From Halocafeteria seosinensis (lineage: Eukaryota), in the NCBI GenBank assembly GCA_001687465.1, contig LVLI01000119.1, forward strand, positions 1 through 37,598: DNA of 37,598 nt, given 5' to 3'. This document shows, piece by piece, positions 11,649 through 23,339 of the stretch. The first letter of the stretch is position 1. Each line of letters opens with the position of its first letter. The position numbers were made by a program, and so were the translations under genes. The notes under the pieces are model-generated. The model worked only from the letters and a program-made list of their open reading frames with translations, was not told the DNA's origin and did no database searches.

Positions 11649-12120
11649 AAGAGCTGCAACTGCACATATAGCTAGGTTAGTCCTCTTGTGGATGGCGGAA
11701 TCCTAAAAACAAATACGAAGTCAGTTCTTTACAGGAAGGATGCCCTCGCGGCGGAACCGATGGCTCCATCAAAATGTACTACAGTACCTACTGCAGTATG
11801 CCTGACATGACTTTCTACGAATACATACCGTACGTACACTTGGTTTGAACTTCACCACCAGCACCAGCCCCATTACGGGACTGGGCATTCAAAGCATCGT
11901 TGTTGGGGCCTTGGGCGAGAGGTCTCGTATCCTCCACGATATTATTATTGCGTTGCCCTTGTGGTGCCGATCGAGCTCTAATTCGAGGCGAGGAGCGTCT
12001 AGATGAATCCATTCTTGTTTGGGAAAGTGTATGTAGCTATGCATACACTGGACCATCAATACTCCTTTACAGTATAATTCCCTTCCTGGTCCAGCCAGCA
12101 GAGACGACAGACGACGAAGA

Positions 12121-12138
12121 ACAACAACAACAACAACA

Positions 12139-12161
<23 letters not shown>
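12121..12161. repeat. (CAA)n-(CA)n compound microsatellite
   Basis: Directly visible; a G12 run follows at 12272-12283. Confidence 0.95.
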
Positions 12162-12169
<8 letters not shown>

Positions 12170-12479
12170 GAGCGGGATATATGCCATAGACCAAGGCGCT
12201 CGTTTCCAACCGTCATCTACCAACAAGCCTCAGGGACGTAATATACTGGAAGGAAGCGAAACTTGCTCCCAGGGGGGGGGGGGATGGCCCACTCCGCGCC
12301 GCAGTGGCGTCCAACCGGCATCCCGATCCAGCCAGTAGGAGTCGTAGGAGGTGGTACATCCGAGGGAGCAGTTTCAAATGGTGGTGTCGCTACTGGGGTG
12401 GTGTCTTCTACTTCCGACGATGCTGGGCCAACCGAGTCCCTATCGGAGCAGCTGGGAAGATTGGAACCTGTGGAACCGG

Positions 12480-13511
12480 CTGGCATGGGGCTCGTCGTGG
12501 CCACTGCAGGAAGGTACCTGGAATCCTGGATCCCGGCACGCTGGTCGCGCATGGGTTACAAGACTCAAGCCTACCGGCGGTGAGAGACAGCATGGCGGAC
12601 TTCGCTGGCAACCTATGTAGGTCTGATGCGGCTTCTCGGGGTAATCCCGGTCACGCAGGGGCTGGAGCAGTGCCTTACCACGTCAGTGCACCAGGGGCAC
12701 AGCCGGTGGTTCTGCAGAGGTGATCACAATACCTTGGGGCCAAACGGACCAGTATGGAGGCCGAATATGAAGGAATGATCAAGGCATTGGAGCTTGCACA
12801 TCAGGCGATGCAGGACATTCAAGTCCCAACGATGGTGCGATTGGAAACGGACTCACAGACTGCTGCCAAGCAAGTGTTGGGAGAAATCGCCTGCAGGAAA
12901 ACGGAGCTCAAACCACTGATGGAGAGGGCCAGAGCCGATCTACTCTTCCTTAAGGCCGTACCGTTTGTATCGTCGGTGGAGCTGCTATTCTTCAGGCGAG
13001 CAGGGAACGGAGATACGGATCAGTTGGCCAAAGACGCCTCCTTTAGAGTACCTGATGGGCCAGTGGAATATTCTGCATTGAATGAGGAGGGATTGTCCGC
13101 TCCCAATGTTGAGGGAGTGCGTCCGGTGAGGAGGATCGTGGAAGTTGACGAGGAGAACGACGAATGTCTTGTCGAATGGGTGGGACATCCGACCAGCGTA
13201 GACTTCACATGGCAGTCCGCGGAGGGCCTACGTCTGGACTTTGGGGTTGAAGGATTCGAGCAATATATGCAGGAGTATAGGAGCAGGAAGGCTAAGGGAA
13301 TTGTCCACTTCGACGAGGAGAACGATTTGTGCCTTGTAGAGTGGGAGGGAAACCTGAGCAGCGAAGACTTCACTTGGCACGCCACGCGGCGGATGATCTA
13401 CGGCTGGACTTTGGGGTTGTAGGATTCGAGAAGCACATGCAGGACTTTAGGAGCAGAGCAGAAGCAACAACACCAGGAACGGGAGAGACTGACGAGGCAA
13501 TCGCGCAATGA
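12480..13511 (+). pseudogene. Degenerate archaeal/plant-type RNase HI fused to two tandem chromodomains, probably retroelement-derived
   Basis: SDAASRGNPGHAGAG, TSMEAEYEGMIKALELA, LETDSQTAAKQVLG and RAGNGDTDQLAK give an intact D-E-D-D set, with an in-frame TGA at 12721-12723. Then two 165 bp repeats, CLVEWVGH..FTW and CLVEWEGN..FTW. A CACGC duplication at 13378-13387 shifts the frame. Confidence 0.85.
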
Positions 13512-13969
13512 TCGCGGAAGAAGAAGGCCTGGTGGCGAATAGCGAGCCCACTCCGGAGGAGCGTGGCCCAAGACGCTCTGAAAGGATACCACGTGTGAAG
13601 AGCCTCATACTCACAAAGAGTCCGTGTGTTGGTGAGCGCAGGGGTAGGCAATGCAGGAGGGCCCTGTTGTAGGGAGATCTTCGACGGCGTGAAGATCCCC
13701 CAACTACATTTCCACTTAGCCGGCTACTACTCTAGCCTGGTCCTAAGATACCACGGATGAGATAAGCTTGCCTGAAGTTCGGATGGCCACGTTCGTTCCT
13801 AGAACTAGACAGTAAATATGGTTGTACACTGGAAGAAGACTCTGAGGAGCTGAAATCAGTGTGAGAAGTAAGGGCTCTCACGCTTGCTGAAGGATACAAC
13901 TTGAAACGTTGGACGAGATTCCACACTTGAAGTTACATACATAGCATAGTTAACTTGGGATTGGTTTGC

Positions 13970-16750
13970 ATGCTTGGTCCCGTGTGTGGAGAGTCTCAGA
14001 ATGCTACCATGAATGACATCTCCCATGTGGCGGTGTACGAGGAGGATAAAGTGGAAATTCATGTCCCCTGTGATGAAGCGCATCGACAGCTCGTCTTTTT
14101 CAAGGAGGAGCACAAGACGGACCGCGATATCACTACGGCCTCCATTGTGAGCTTTATCAAACAACTGCAGAACAAGCAGCAGCCACCTGCGGGCGATGAA
14201 GGTGTCGTACGGATCGCGGATGTGTTCAGCGGCAGTGGAATTCGAGCTCTACGCGTCGGCAAGACTTTGGAGCGACTGGGATTATTGCGTACCGACAAGG
14301 GGCAGATACTGCTGGAAGCTGTTGATTCATCGTCAGATGCGATAGCGTGTATGAACGACAACTCAGCACGAAATTGTCTCGACGAGAAGTGCATCCAAGC
14401 ACTTCAACAGGATGCGATTCAGTATCTGAAGAACCGTAAGAATGCACTGACGGTCATTGAATTGGACCCATTTGGATCAGTGGAGCAGTTCCTCGAACCC
14501 GCTATCAATGCATTGAAGCTAACTTCGACAGGCGATGGAGAGGAGGGGACTGTAGGAGCCATGCTTAGTGTGGCTACATTTGATACGCATGATCTGCTTG
14601 GGGCTTCGCATGTTACGCCAAGGAGAAAGTTTGGGTCGCTGGTGCCAAAGGGCACTACTGGTACTGCTGCCGAGGAGTGTGCCATTAGGATTGTTTTGCA
14701 TTCCATGTCAGAAACCGCATATCGATGTCGGCATGCTCATATCGTTCCTCTTGTTTGCTACAACTTTGATTTCGGTTTCCGGCTCGTCGTCAGTGTACAT
14801 CCCTCTTCGATAACCAAAATTGAGGATTCTCGTAGCTTCAGACACACATATCTCTGGTGTAACCACTGCCAATGGATACTCGCGAGCTGCAATTCACAAT
14901 CAACACCTGCGACGTCCATGGGGTGCGCCCTTTGCCGATCCGAAAGTGTGGAGTTTGTGGGTCCTTTATGGTCAGGAGCATTGTTCCGCCAACCGTTTCT
15001 GAAAGCGTCATTGCAGGGTCTCAAACGCCATGGAGGTCGAGAATCTCGTGAAATGTTGCTATTTGCGCTAAAAGAGGCTAACGTGAGCCACGGATACACC
15101 CCGTTTCTGTTTAACATGCGTTTCGTCGATTCCGCGAGGACTGCTGAGAAGATTCCGGCGAAGCAACTGTGCCGAAACGTCTATTCTGCTCTGCGAAAAC
15201 GAGGGTACAGTGTTCTGTTTGGAAGTATTCTAGTCAGCTGCTCCGGAAGCTCTATTCTACGCAGTGATTGTCCCTCCCATGTCATGCTATACACTGTAAA
15301 GAGAGAGTGGAGTAAGTTAGTCAGTAGCTCGCGCAGCACCGATACAGCACGGAATAATCACCAATGCAAACGGCGCGGCTCAATCAAAGTGTCGGCTCTG
15401 GTGCCAGGCCACCATGCGAATGGTCCACCTCTTCCTCAGTTTCCTTTTATATCCCTATCCGAAGTATCCCATGGAAGCACCTCAAAGGACTTGTCGTTAA
15501 TATTCTGGACGGACATTCGCTCGAAGAAGAGCCAACTCTTTATCCAGCTGCCAGCAGTTAAGGTGTCTGCTAAGGAGATCCTCGATGCGCTTCACCTTCA
15601 AAAATCAGAGGGGTTCTTTCCTCCTATCTCAGCCATGCATGTTGCCGGATCCACCTTGCCAGTTGGTGGCCAATCGACGGAACTGCTTCTAGAGCATTTC
15701 GAAATTGATGCGACCAAGTCGAAGGAAGGTGAAACTCTTATACTCAATATCGATGGCTTTACTTTCCGTTTTCCTCAACAACCGCACCGATATTCTATTA
15801 TGTTTGAAGGTGTTCGCTTTGTTGATGCATCGAACAGTCGATGTCTGGATAACCTCGTTGTTGCTAAAGGGTGTTGCAGCATTCTATTTTACCGATGCCG
15901 ATTCATCTCCGAGAAAACTTCCCTAAGCGTTTGCAGTAAAGCCTGGACAAAATGTCAAGAATGCTCATTTATGCCCACCGAACAAGAGTCGAACCGGCGC
16001 AATTCCGAAGAACCTCCTCGTAAGCGAGCTCGACGGGGTCACCCTACCAAGCATCAGGGGCGGCATATCTTCTCCACAGGTCAATCACGGTGCGAAGTAG
16101 ATCAATGCTATTTTTATGGTAGCCGTGGGCCTTCAATAGAATGTCGAAGTGGTTCTGAAGTAAAATGCTGTCGGAGTGAGTTCATTGACTCATTGAGTTC
16201 TTCGCTATTTATTCATAAAGACGGAAAATGTTTAGCCGTCGATGTATCCATTTCTGGAAGTGGCTGGGCTGGAGTGGAGGTCCGCGAACGAGGAAGTGCT
16301 TTGCTATGTCGATGTATAATTGGGTCTTCTGGGAGAGGAGGTGTGTACTGCGTGGATAACGGGAAGGTAATGTTGGATAATACTGTTATTAGACACTGCG
16401 CATTTTCGGGATTGCATTGTGCTGACGGAGGGACAGGAACTTTAAGGGGAAACGTGGAAATCTCGGGCAACGGAGGTCATGGCCTGTTTGTGCAAGGAAA
16501 GCATGCAGCTGCGCTCATTCAATTGGAGAAAGTGGCGGATCCCCTCATAGATCTATCGTCGAATGCTGGGGATGCAATCCATGTGTGTACGGACGGTACT
16601 TTGAGCCTCCAACAGGAGGAACTGAGTGCACCCAAACAACAACACGAAGAAATCCAGGATTTCGTGAGCAAGTTATTCAAGGAGTGCTATGCATCCTGCA
16701 CCTTACCGGATGTGCTCATCAACGGCCATATGGTGGACTTGATATCTTGA
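13970..16750 (+). CDS. TRM1-family tRNA (guanine-N2) methyltransferase fused to a C-terminal right-handed beta-helix (PbH1-like) domain
   Basis: FF..E.K.DRD, DVFSGSGIRALR, IELDPFGS, GAMLSVATFD, EECAIRIVL, CNHC..CALC and GPLWSGAL, followed by ~23-residue repeats (GWAGVEVRERG, GRGGVYCVDNG, AFSGLHCADGG, GGHGLFV). One uninterrupted ORF; ATG at 13970 or 14009. Confidence 0.85.
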   Translation: MLGPVCGESQNATMNDISHVAVYEEDKVEIHVPCDEAHRQLVFFKEEHKTDRDITTASIVSFIKQLQNKQQPPAGDEGVVRIADVFSGSGIRALRVGKTLERLGLLRTDKGQILLEAVDSSSDAIACMNDNSARNCLDEKCIQALQQDAIQYLKNRKNALTVIELDPFGSVEQFLEPAINALKLTSTGDGEEGTVGAMLSVATFDTHDLLGASHVTPRRKFGSLVPKGTTGTAAEECAIRIVLHSMSETAYRCRHAHIVPLVCYNFDFGFRLVVSVHPSSITKIEDSRSFRHTYLWCNHCQWILASCNSQSTPATSMGCALCRSESVEFVGPLWSGALFRQPFLKASLQGLKRHGGRESREMLLFALKEANVSHGYTPFLFNMRFVDSARTAEKIPAKQLCRNVYSALRKRGYSVLFGSILVSCSGSSILRSDCPSHVMLYTVKREWSKLVSSSRSTDTARNNHQCKRRGSIKVSALVPGHHANGPPLPQFPFISLSEVSHGSTSKDLSLIFWTDIRSKKSQLFIQLPAVKVSAKEILDALHLQKSEGFFPPISAMHVAGSTLPVGGQSTELLLEHFEIDATKSKEGETLILNIDGFTFRFPQQPHRYSIMFEGVRFVDASNSRCLDNLVVAKGCCSILFYRCRFISEKTSLSVCSKAWTKCQECSFMPTEQESNRRNSEEPPRKRARRGHPTKHQGRHIFSTGQSRCEVDQCYFYGSRGPSIECRSGSEVKCCRSEFIDSLSSSLFIHKDGKCLAVDVSISGSGWAGVEVRERGSALLCRCIIGSSGRGGVYCVDNGKVMLDNTVIRHCAFSGLHCADGGTGTLRGNVEISGNGGHGLFVQGKHAAALIQLEKVADPLIDLSSNAGDAIHVCTDGTLSLQQEELSAPKQQHEEIQDFVSKLFKECYASCTLPDVLINGHMVDLIS

Positions 16751-17517
16751 CATTGGTGTGCAATGAAGGATTGTAGGATATTGGGGGTGGATCGTATTCA
16801 CAGGACCTTCTGGTAAAAGTGGTGAATAGTAGGTACAGTGAAGGTATTCGAGAGCAGTAACCTGAGGTTTAAGGTCGATGCAGTGTAAGCATCTAGATGA
16901 TCTAGTGTGGTCGTTTAGCGTGATATGGCTAGCCAGTACGATGAGTTGGCTAGGTAACACTTCTCGGCGTGCGCTCAATGTTCGTGTCGGAGATCCCACG
17001 GAAAACGATCCGTTCTATTTCGAGGCATTCGCTTCGACATCCCCGATGTATTGCTTGGGACACTTGTCTGTGGGTTTTTTACTCACGAGTTGCAATTCTT
17101 AGTCGGTTGCTTGGACGGCCCATACTGTATACATACAGCGGAAGCCACTACGCATACACACACTAGACCAGCGGAAATAGTACAAAAAGTCAAACATTCT
17201 TAATTCTTCGGACATACAAATTCCACACCACTGGGGTAACGTAACTCCCAAGTGGCAGAGTCGTTCATTTGAAGTACAGTACCGGTAGTATTGCATAAAC
17301 TTCAAGGTGCTGCTCCCTGGGACGCAGGCGGCGCTCTCGGAGTTCAACAACACGGAGAGTCTTGTCTGTCTGCTCCTTATAGACATCCATATGTGTACAC
17401 ATGCCTTCATTTTGGTCGTGTCCACCGCCGTTAGCCATTACAGTGAGGAGGATGTGCTCATTTCATTAACAGGGAGACACTGATCTGCCACGTTATTCAC
17501 GGCACCTGTCAGATACG

Positions 17518-19074
17518 ATGGTTGTATGGTATAAGAGGGCCGGCATCGCCACCAACACGGTGCTGGCGGTCTTGTATACCATGGTACTAACTGTGTGCAT
17601 CGTCAGCTGGTGGAGGCGCTATCATCGTAAGTGGCGATAAGACCTTCTTGAACTCTCGTTCCCGCGTTCAATTTAGTGGCTGCTCTATGCACTATAAATA
17701 CTGGGCCTTTTCGTACGTGTATACAGCCAAGACGATGATGATAAAGACCTTTATCACACTGGCGGGGAGTGGATCAATATTTCGAATGGCGTACTTTGCT
17801 ATTCCCAACTCCGTCTTCAAATCGGAGGAAACCCCACAGGATTATGATACGTATAGCAATGCTTTCTGGCTCGAATGCGCTCAGAGTGTGCTGTTTATGA
17901 TCCCCAATGTGCTCTTCTACGGCACCTATATCATCATTGTGTTCTTCTGGGCGCAAGCATACAGCAGTCTGCAGCGACGGAAGGTCAAACATCATCATTT
18001 TTTGAGACTGTATAAGATCGTAATGAGCTGCTATGCAGCCATACAGGTAATTCTTATCATTGTTATGCTCTCCGCGAACTACTTTGTCTTTCTTCTCATT
18101 CATTCGGTAATTCTCTGCTTACTGAGCTTGGGAGCGAGTGTCTCGTTTGTGTACTTTTACCGACGGTTGGACACGCAATTAACTTCGCTGTTTTCGGCAA
18201 GGTCCACTAGTGATGCTGTTCCACCGGATGCCGCTGGCTCTGCCGAGCAGCAACGTAAGTGTTTTGTCTTGTAGTCCTACGCCGAGAGAAGAGTCTCTAC
18301 ACGATTGTTTTTATTCCGTGGAGTGCAAAATGTTTGGGTGACTCAACTGTTCACTGATCGTTTCTCGCAGGCATTGACGGACATCGACGAGATAAGCTCG
18401 ATAAAATAATGAAAGTAGCATTTACGTGCGCAGGTACGCAGACATTTCGCGCTGCGGTATTGAGTAAGTATTGTCCGACGTATTCTATCGTAACCGTTGT
18501 AATTCCGCAAGCTGAACCACTCGCCGCTGCAGTATTCGAAATGTACGTATCAGTCAAGCAAGAGGCTCCGAAGAAGTACTGGTGGGCAATCATTGGCGTT
18601 TACTATGTAGTGAGCGAAATATTCGTAGCATTAGCTGTTTTGTGGATACTGCGACAAAAACCTGAAGCCGTTGTTAAACACCGTTCTAGGCGAAGAAGCT
18701 CTAAGCGTTTAGGCGGAAAGGCCAAGCATGATAAAGCATCATTATTGACACAAAATTATATTGAAGAGGAAGATGAAGCAAGTAGTGACTCAGGACAATA
18801 CGGAACAATAGATGCGCGGTGTATCCATGCTGATGTGGATGATTCCAGCGTAAACACGACTCCTGCGAAACATGACCGTCGGTCCGAGCAAAGGGGCTCA
18901 ACGTCGCTAAGTATCCAGCCTTCTACTCCAAGCAGACCCATACATCATGATATAGAAGGAAGCCGTGATTATACTCCGTCAAAGAGCCCCGAGAGACTCC
19001 CGCGAGCGGACATGGATAAGAACTCACTCGGCTACCCGTCTCCTGGAGGAGAACGATATAGTGAAGACACATGA
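17518..19074 (+). CDS. Multi-pass membrane protein, TOM1/THH1 (DUF1084)/GPR137-like
   Basis: Spliced model: ATG 17518, introns 17627-17726, 18255-18370 and a probable third near 18464-18532. About seven hydrophobic helices; IPNVLFYGTYIIIVFFWAQAY and YYVVSEIF motifs; disordered C-terminal tail. Confidence 0.7.
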
Positions 19075-19421
19075 TACGCTGCACCCTTGTCAGAATCAAT
19101 TATCTTTGAATGAGTTTCCGGATAATCCGCGGTATATCCACTCGTAGAGGACTGCAAGGCAGTTCAGACGCTGCCATGTTTCGGGTTCAAACGTGCAACC
19201 TTACGAAGATAGGCGATCCCATGGTTGTTGCAGCGTCATAGGTAGCAGATGGTAGATGAGGATTCCATTGAGGAACTCTACAAAGCGCAGCGAAGGCGTA
19301 ATGTCCCATTCCATAACCCTACCCTCTTTTTTTCCTAACTAGACCGAATACCACAGAGGCGTGCAAAACAATAAACAGCAGGTTTATTTCTCGTTAATTT
19401 TCTTTTTACATCTAGGGACTG

Positions 19422-20377
19422 CTATTCTACAGTCTTGGCAGCAGTGCGCCGCACTCTTCGCTTATATTCCTTAGGGTTCTTCTTGAGCATCTGCGAGGTA
19501 AGTATAGATCTTATCGTTGTGTTGCAGAAGTGTGCATGTTCAAAAATAAACTTACTCTAGCCGCTTCGACATTCGCAGGACTATCAATATTTGGATCGGT
19601 CAGCAGACTTTGGATTGAGGAGAGAATCGTTGATACTGTGTATACTGGTTTCCATTCGTCCTGAATAATGTCTAAGCATAGCGTGCCATCAGGATACACT
19701 GCAGTTGGAAGCACAGCCCCAAAGTATAATCGCCCGCGGAAAACACCAAACTTAACGGGTCCGAGATTCGCTCTCCTGGCACTTAGCTCCTTGGTTTTAA
19801 TCAAGCAGTAGAGGAGGCTATACTGCACATGGTAGGGCCTGTGTGTGCACTTACCATTGGGATGAAACATCTCACAGGTGAAGCGTACTCGTGGAGGTTT
19901 GACCGGGTACTGGTCCGGGAATTGCATCCTTAAGCTAAACATTCCTCCTGTCGTTTCCAAGACCAAGATGCAGACTGAGCATGTCATAAAGTGTCATATC
20001 GTACGCTACATACCTTCCCATGGGGTTTCATCGGGGCCAATAATGGTTGCATTCCAGAGAAACAGATTCTCTTCCGACGCTGGTGAAGCCGATACGCCCT
20101 GTGTTAGCACATATATCCAAGTTCTGCAGGGCGGCCAATGGATGGAGAAAACGACGAGCTAACTTACAGCGGGAGGGTCGTCATTTAACTGCTTCATATC
20201 GCCTTGTAACCTCATTATAGCTGCTTTACTGGGAGCTACATTCTTCGTTTTTCCAGTGCTTATTTGGAAGCTTGCATCATTGTCCTGATCCACTCTATAG
20301 TGACTAACACTGGCGGTAGTAGTACTCGAACTGGACGAGCTTGTGGCAGAGGCCCCATTCGTCGATGAATCAGCCAT
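19422..20377 (-). CDS. UBC2: Ubiquitin-conjugating enzyme E2, Rad6/UBC2 family, with a Ser/Thr-rich N-terminal extension
   Basis: [86 protein letters not shown] and EYKRRVR; four GT-AG introns. Confidence 0.9.
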
Positions 20378-21269
20378 TATACGCAATAAAATGAACAAGA
20401 ACGCTGAACAGGAATTCTCGTTGTTGTTCCACTAATTCTTTTTCCTATGTATTTTACTACTCTGCTTCCAGATATGATTACCGATGAAATGAACGGGGTG
20501 GGAATAATGGAAAATAGTATCAAACACGTCTCTGAATGCCACTGTAGCGGCCTCAGGAGTGACTTCAATGGAGCAGGAGGAATCGAGTCGCTCAACTCTT
20601 CTTCAACTTGATTCTCTGTACATGTATATTATATCGAGAGTATAAATGGGCACCTATTACGATGCAATGGAAATGGCTATGCAATAAATATTATGGGATG
20701 CAAGTATCAGGTATACCCTGGAGCGTGTTCATACAGTGTATACCGCTTCAGAGCAGACTTCACTTATGTAGGATCCTGGAACTTTAGCTCTCTAACCTGG
20801 TCACTCTCAGGCTGCTCTTGCCCTACCCTTCATACAATCCACCATACTGGTGGCATTCCAAAATGTCGTGGAGGTAGGTGAGGTAAATGTGGCGTAACAA
20901 CGCGTATTCGACATCCCAGGCGAGTGGAACTATATTTGTTGGATCCGATCCTATCCTGTCGGTGTCCCGTGACATTATAAGGAGAGGCCTCATCATTGCA
21001 TTTTTCCCCCGGCTCTTCAATCCTATGGGCTTTCTTCCTCCTTCCAAAATGTGTCCACTGGCCACTGAATTGTCTCCATTCCAGACTGGAATTTCCAGTG
21101 CTGTGAACGTCCCTGCGACCTGTTTTAAATGAAGTCCATTCGACACTATTTACCAGTGGTATTCAATCGATGTAGGTGTTTTGACGTTAATTGCACCATT
21201 GGAAGCCGACTGTACACAGAGGGATTTTATTCGGTCTAGTACTCCCAAACAGACAGAAAAACAGCAACA

Positions 21270-23339
21270 ATGAGCTCGAAAATGCATTTCAACCAAAGCC
21301 AGCCTGGCGTCACGGGCCTTTTGAAGGAGGGTTATCGCCATTACTCAGGTATCGAGGAGGCTATTCTCAAGAATGTGGAAGCCTGCAAGCAGCTCTCGCA
21401 GATTACGAGGTCCTCTTTGGGTCCGAACGGTACGTGTATAGAGGCTGAAAGAGATTCAAATGGGTGTTTTTGAAATGTTAATTTGAATTGGAGCCGGGTG
21501 CCACTGGGTCTTTTTGCAATTTCCAACAAAGGGGGCTCATAGGGGAAGTTGTATCCCCGTTGCTTTTTGTTGTTTTTAGCCCCTTTGCCCGCCCTCCATG
21601 ACTGATAAATGGTTTATATTGCGCGAATATGGACTCCACAGGGATGAACAAGCTCGTCATCAACCACTTGGAGAAATTATTCGTTACTAGTGATGCCGCT
21701 ACCATCTGCCAGGAGCTGGAATTGAATCACCCAGCTGCCAAAATGCTCGTTATGGCTGCCAAAACGCAAGCCGAGGAGGTAAATGGCTCATTATTCACCA
21801 TACAACTGCCATTACACGTTGAATTCACATCGTGATTATTTTATCATTGTCTCTGAACAGAAAGGAGATGGGTCCAACTTTGTAGTGACCTTTGCGGGAA
21901 CGCTTCTGGAACATGCTGGTGAACTTCTTCGGACTGTAAGTGGCCTAACGTGTATATAGCACGGCTGTCTTGTAGCCTGTAATTTCGTGGATCTGCTCTT
22001 TCAGGGCGTGCATCCGTCGGATGTTCTCATGGGATACAAGCAAGCTTACGACCAGCTTACACAGATTCTTCCCCAATTGGTGGTACACGAGATTAAGGAC
22101 ATCAGAGATAAACAGGAACTGACCCGCGCTCTTCGCCCTGTTATTGCTTCGAAACACTTTGGATATGAAGATTTGTTAGCTCCTCTCGTAGCTGAAGCAT
22201 GTATTAGTGTAATGCCCGCTGCTCCCAAGCCGGCTGCACTGAATGTGGACAACGTTCGCGTTGCTAAATTAATTGGAGGAGCAGTTGGAGAAAGTCATGT
22301 AATAAGAGGAGCTGTGGTCCAGCGCAGTGTAGAAGGCTCAATTAGGCATGTCAAAAATGCAAAAGTAGCGGTTTTCAGTGGCGGTGTCGAGGCGCCTTCA
22401 ACTGAGGCCAAGGGCACGGTTCTGATTGAGTCNGCGGAAGAGCTGAAATCGTACAACAAGACGGAAGAAGAGCAAATGGAAAACACAATAAAATCCATTG
22501 CTGACTCGGGAGCCAAAGTTGTAGTTTCCGGGGGATCCATTAGCGAACTGGCTCAACATTTCTTGGATAAGTACAACTTGATGTCATTGAAAATAATGTC
22601 AAAATTTGAATTGAGAAGACTATGCCGAGCTGTGGGTGCCACTGCGATGACCCGCTTGGGGGCTCCCTCTCCTGATGAACTTGGCTATGTTGACTCTGCC
22701 GACGTTGAAGAAATTGGTGGCAGATGGGTTATTGTGTTTAGACAAGAAGACGAAGAAAGCGGACTTGCAACCATTATCGTGCGAGGCAGTACAGGTGAAA
22801 TTTTGGAAGACATGGAAAGGGCAATAAGTAAGTCAAAAGTTCTGTTGTCTGTCATCCACCAGATGCTTAAATTNGTTATCGATCTTTGTCGCTTGTATGC
22901 AGCTGATGCCGTTTCCGTTTCTAAACAAGTAGCCGGGGATGGACGCTTGCTTCCAGGTGCATCTGCCACCGAAATGGAACTTGCTCACAGAATTAGCCAA
23001 GTTGCCGCAAAGACGGAAGGACTTGAACAATACTCACTACACAAGTTTGCCGAATCGCTCGAAATCATCTCGAGGATCCTCTCAGACAACTCCGGACAGG
23101 ACCCCTCTGAAGTTATCTCTAGCCTTTACGCTGCACACTCTTCCGGAAAGGGGAGCGAAGGCGTAGATGTGGAAGGACATGGTACCCTCAATGCTGAGGA
23201 AGCAAACATTTATGATTCTTTCTCTACAAAAGAGAATGCTTTCCGTCTTGCTGTTGATGCTGCTATCACTGTCCTCCGTGTGGATCAAATCATCATGAGC
23301 AAACAAGCGGGTGGTCCAAAACCTCGAGGTGCTCAGTAG
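21270..23339 (+). CDS. CCT8: T-complex protein 1 subunit theta
   Basis: LLKEGYRHYSGIEEAILKNVEAC, SLGPNG-MNKLVINHLEKLFVTSDAATI, GDGSNFV, NVDNVRVAK, SKFELRRLC and VLRVDQIIMSKQAGGPK; four introns, the first at 21430-21641. Confidence 0.97.

Noticed and set aside
12721..12723. In-frame TGA in the RNase H as selenocysteine, readthrough or an alternative genetic code
   Set aside because: The same unit has frameshifts, the position is not a catalytic Cys, and host genes use TGA as a normal stop (16750, 19074).
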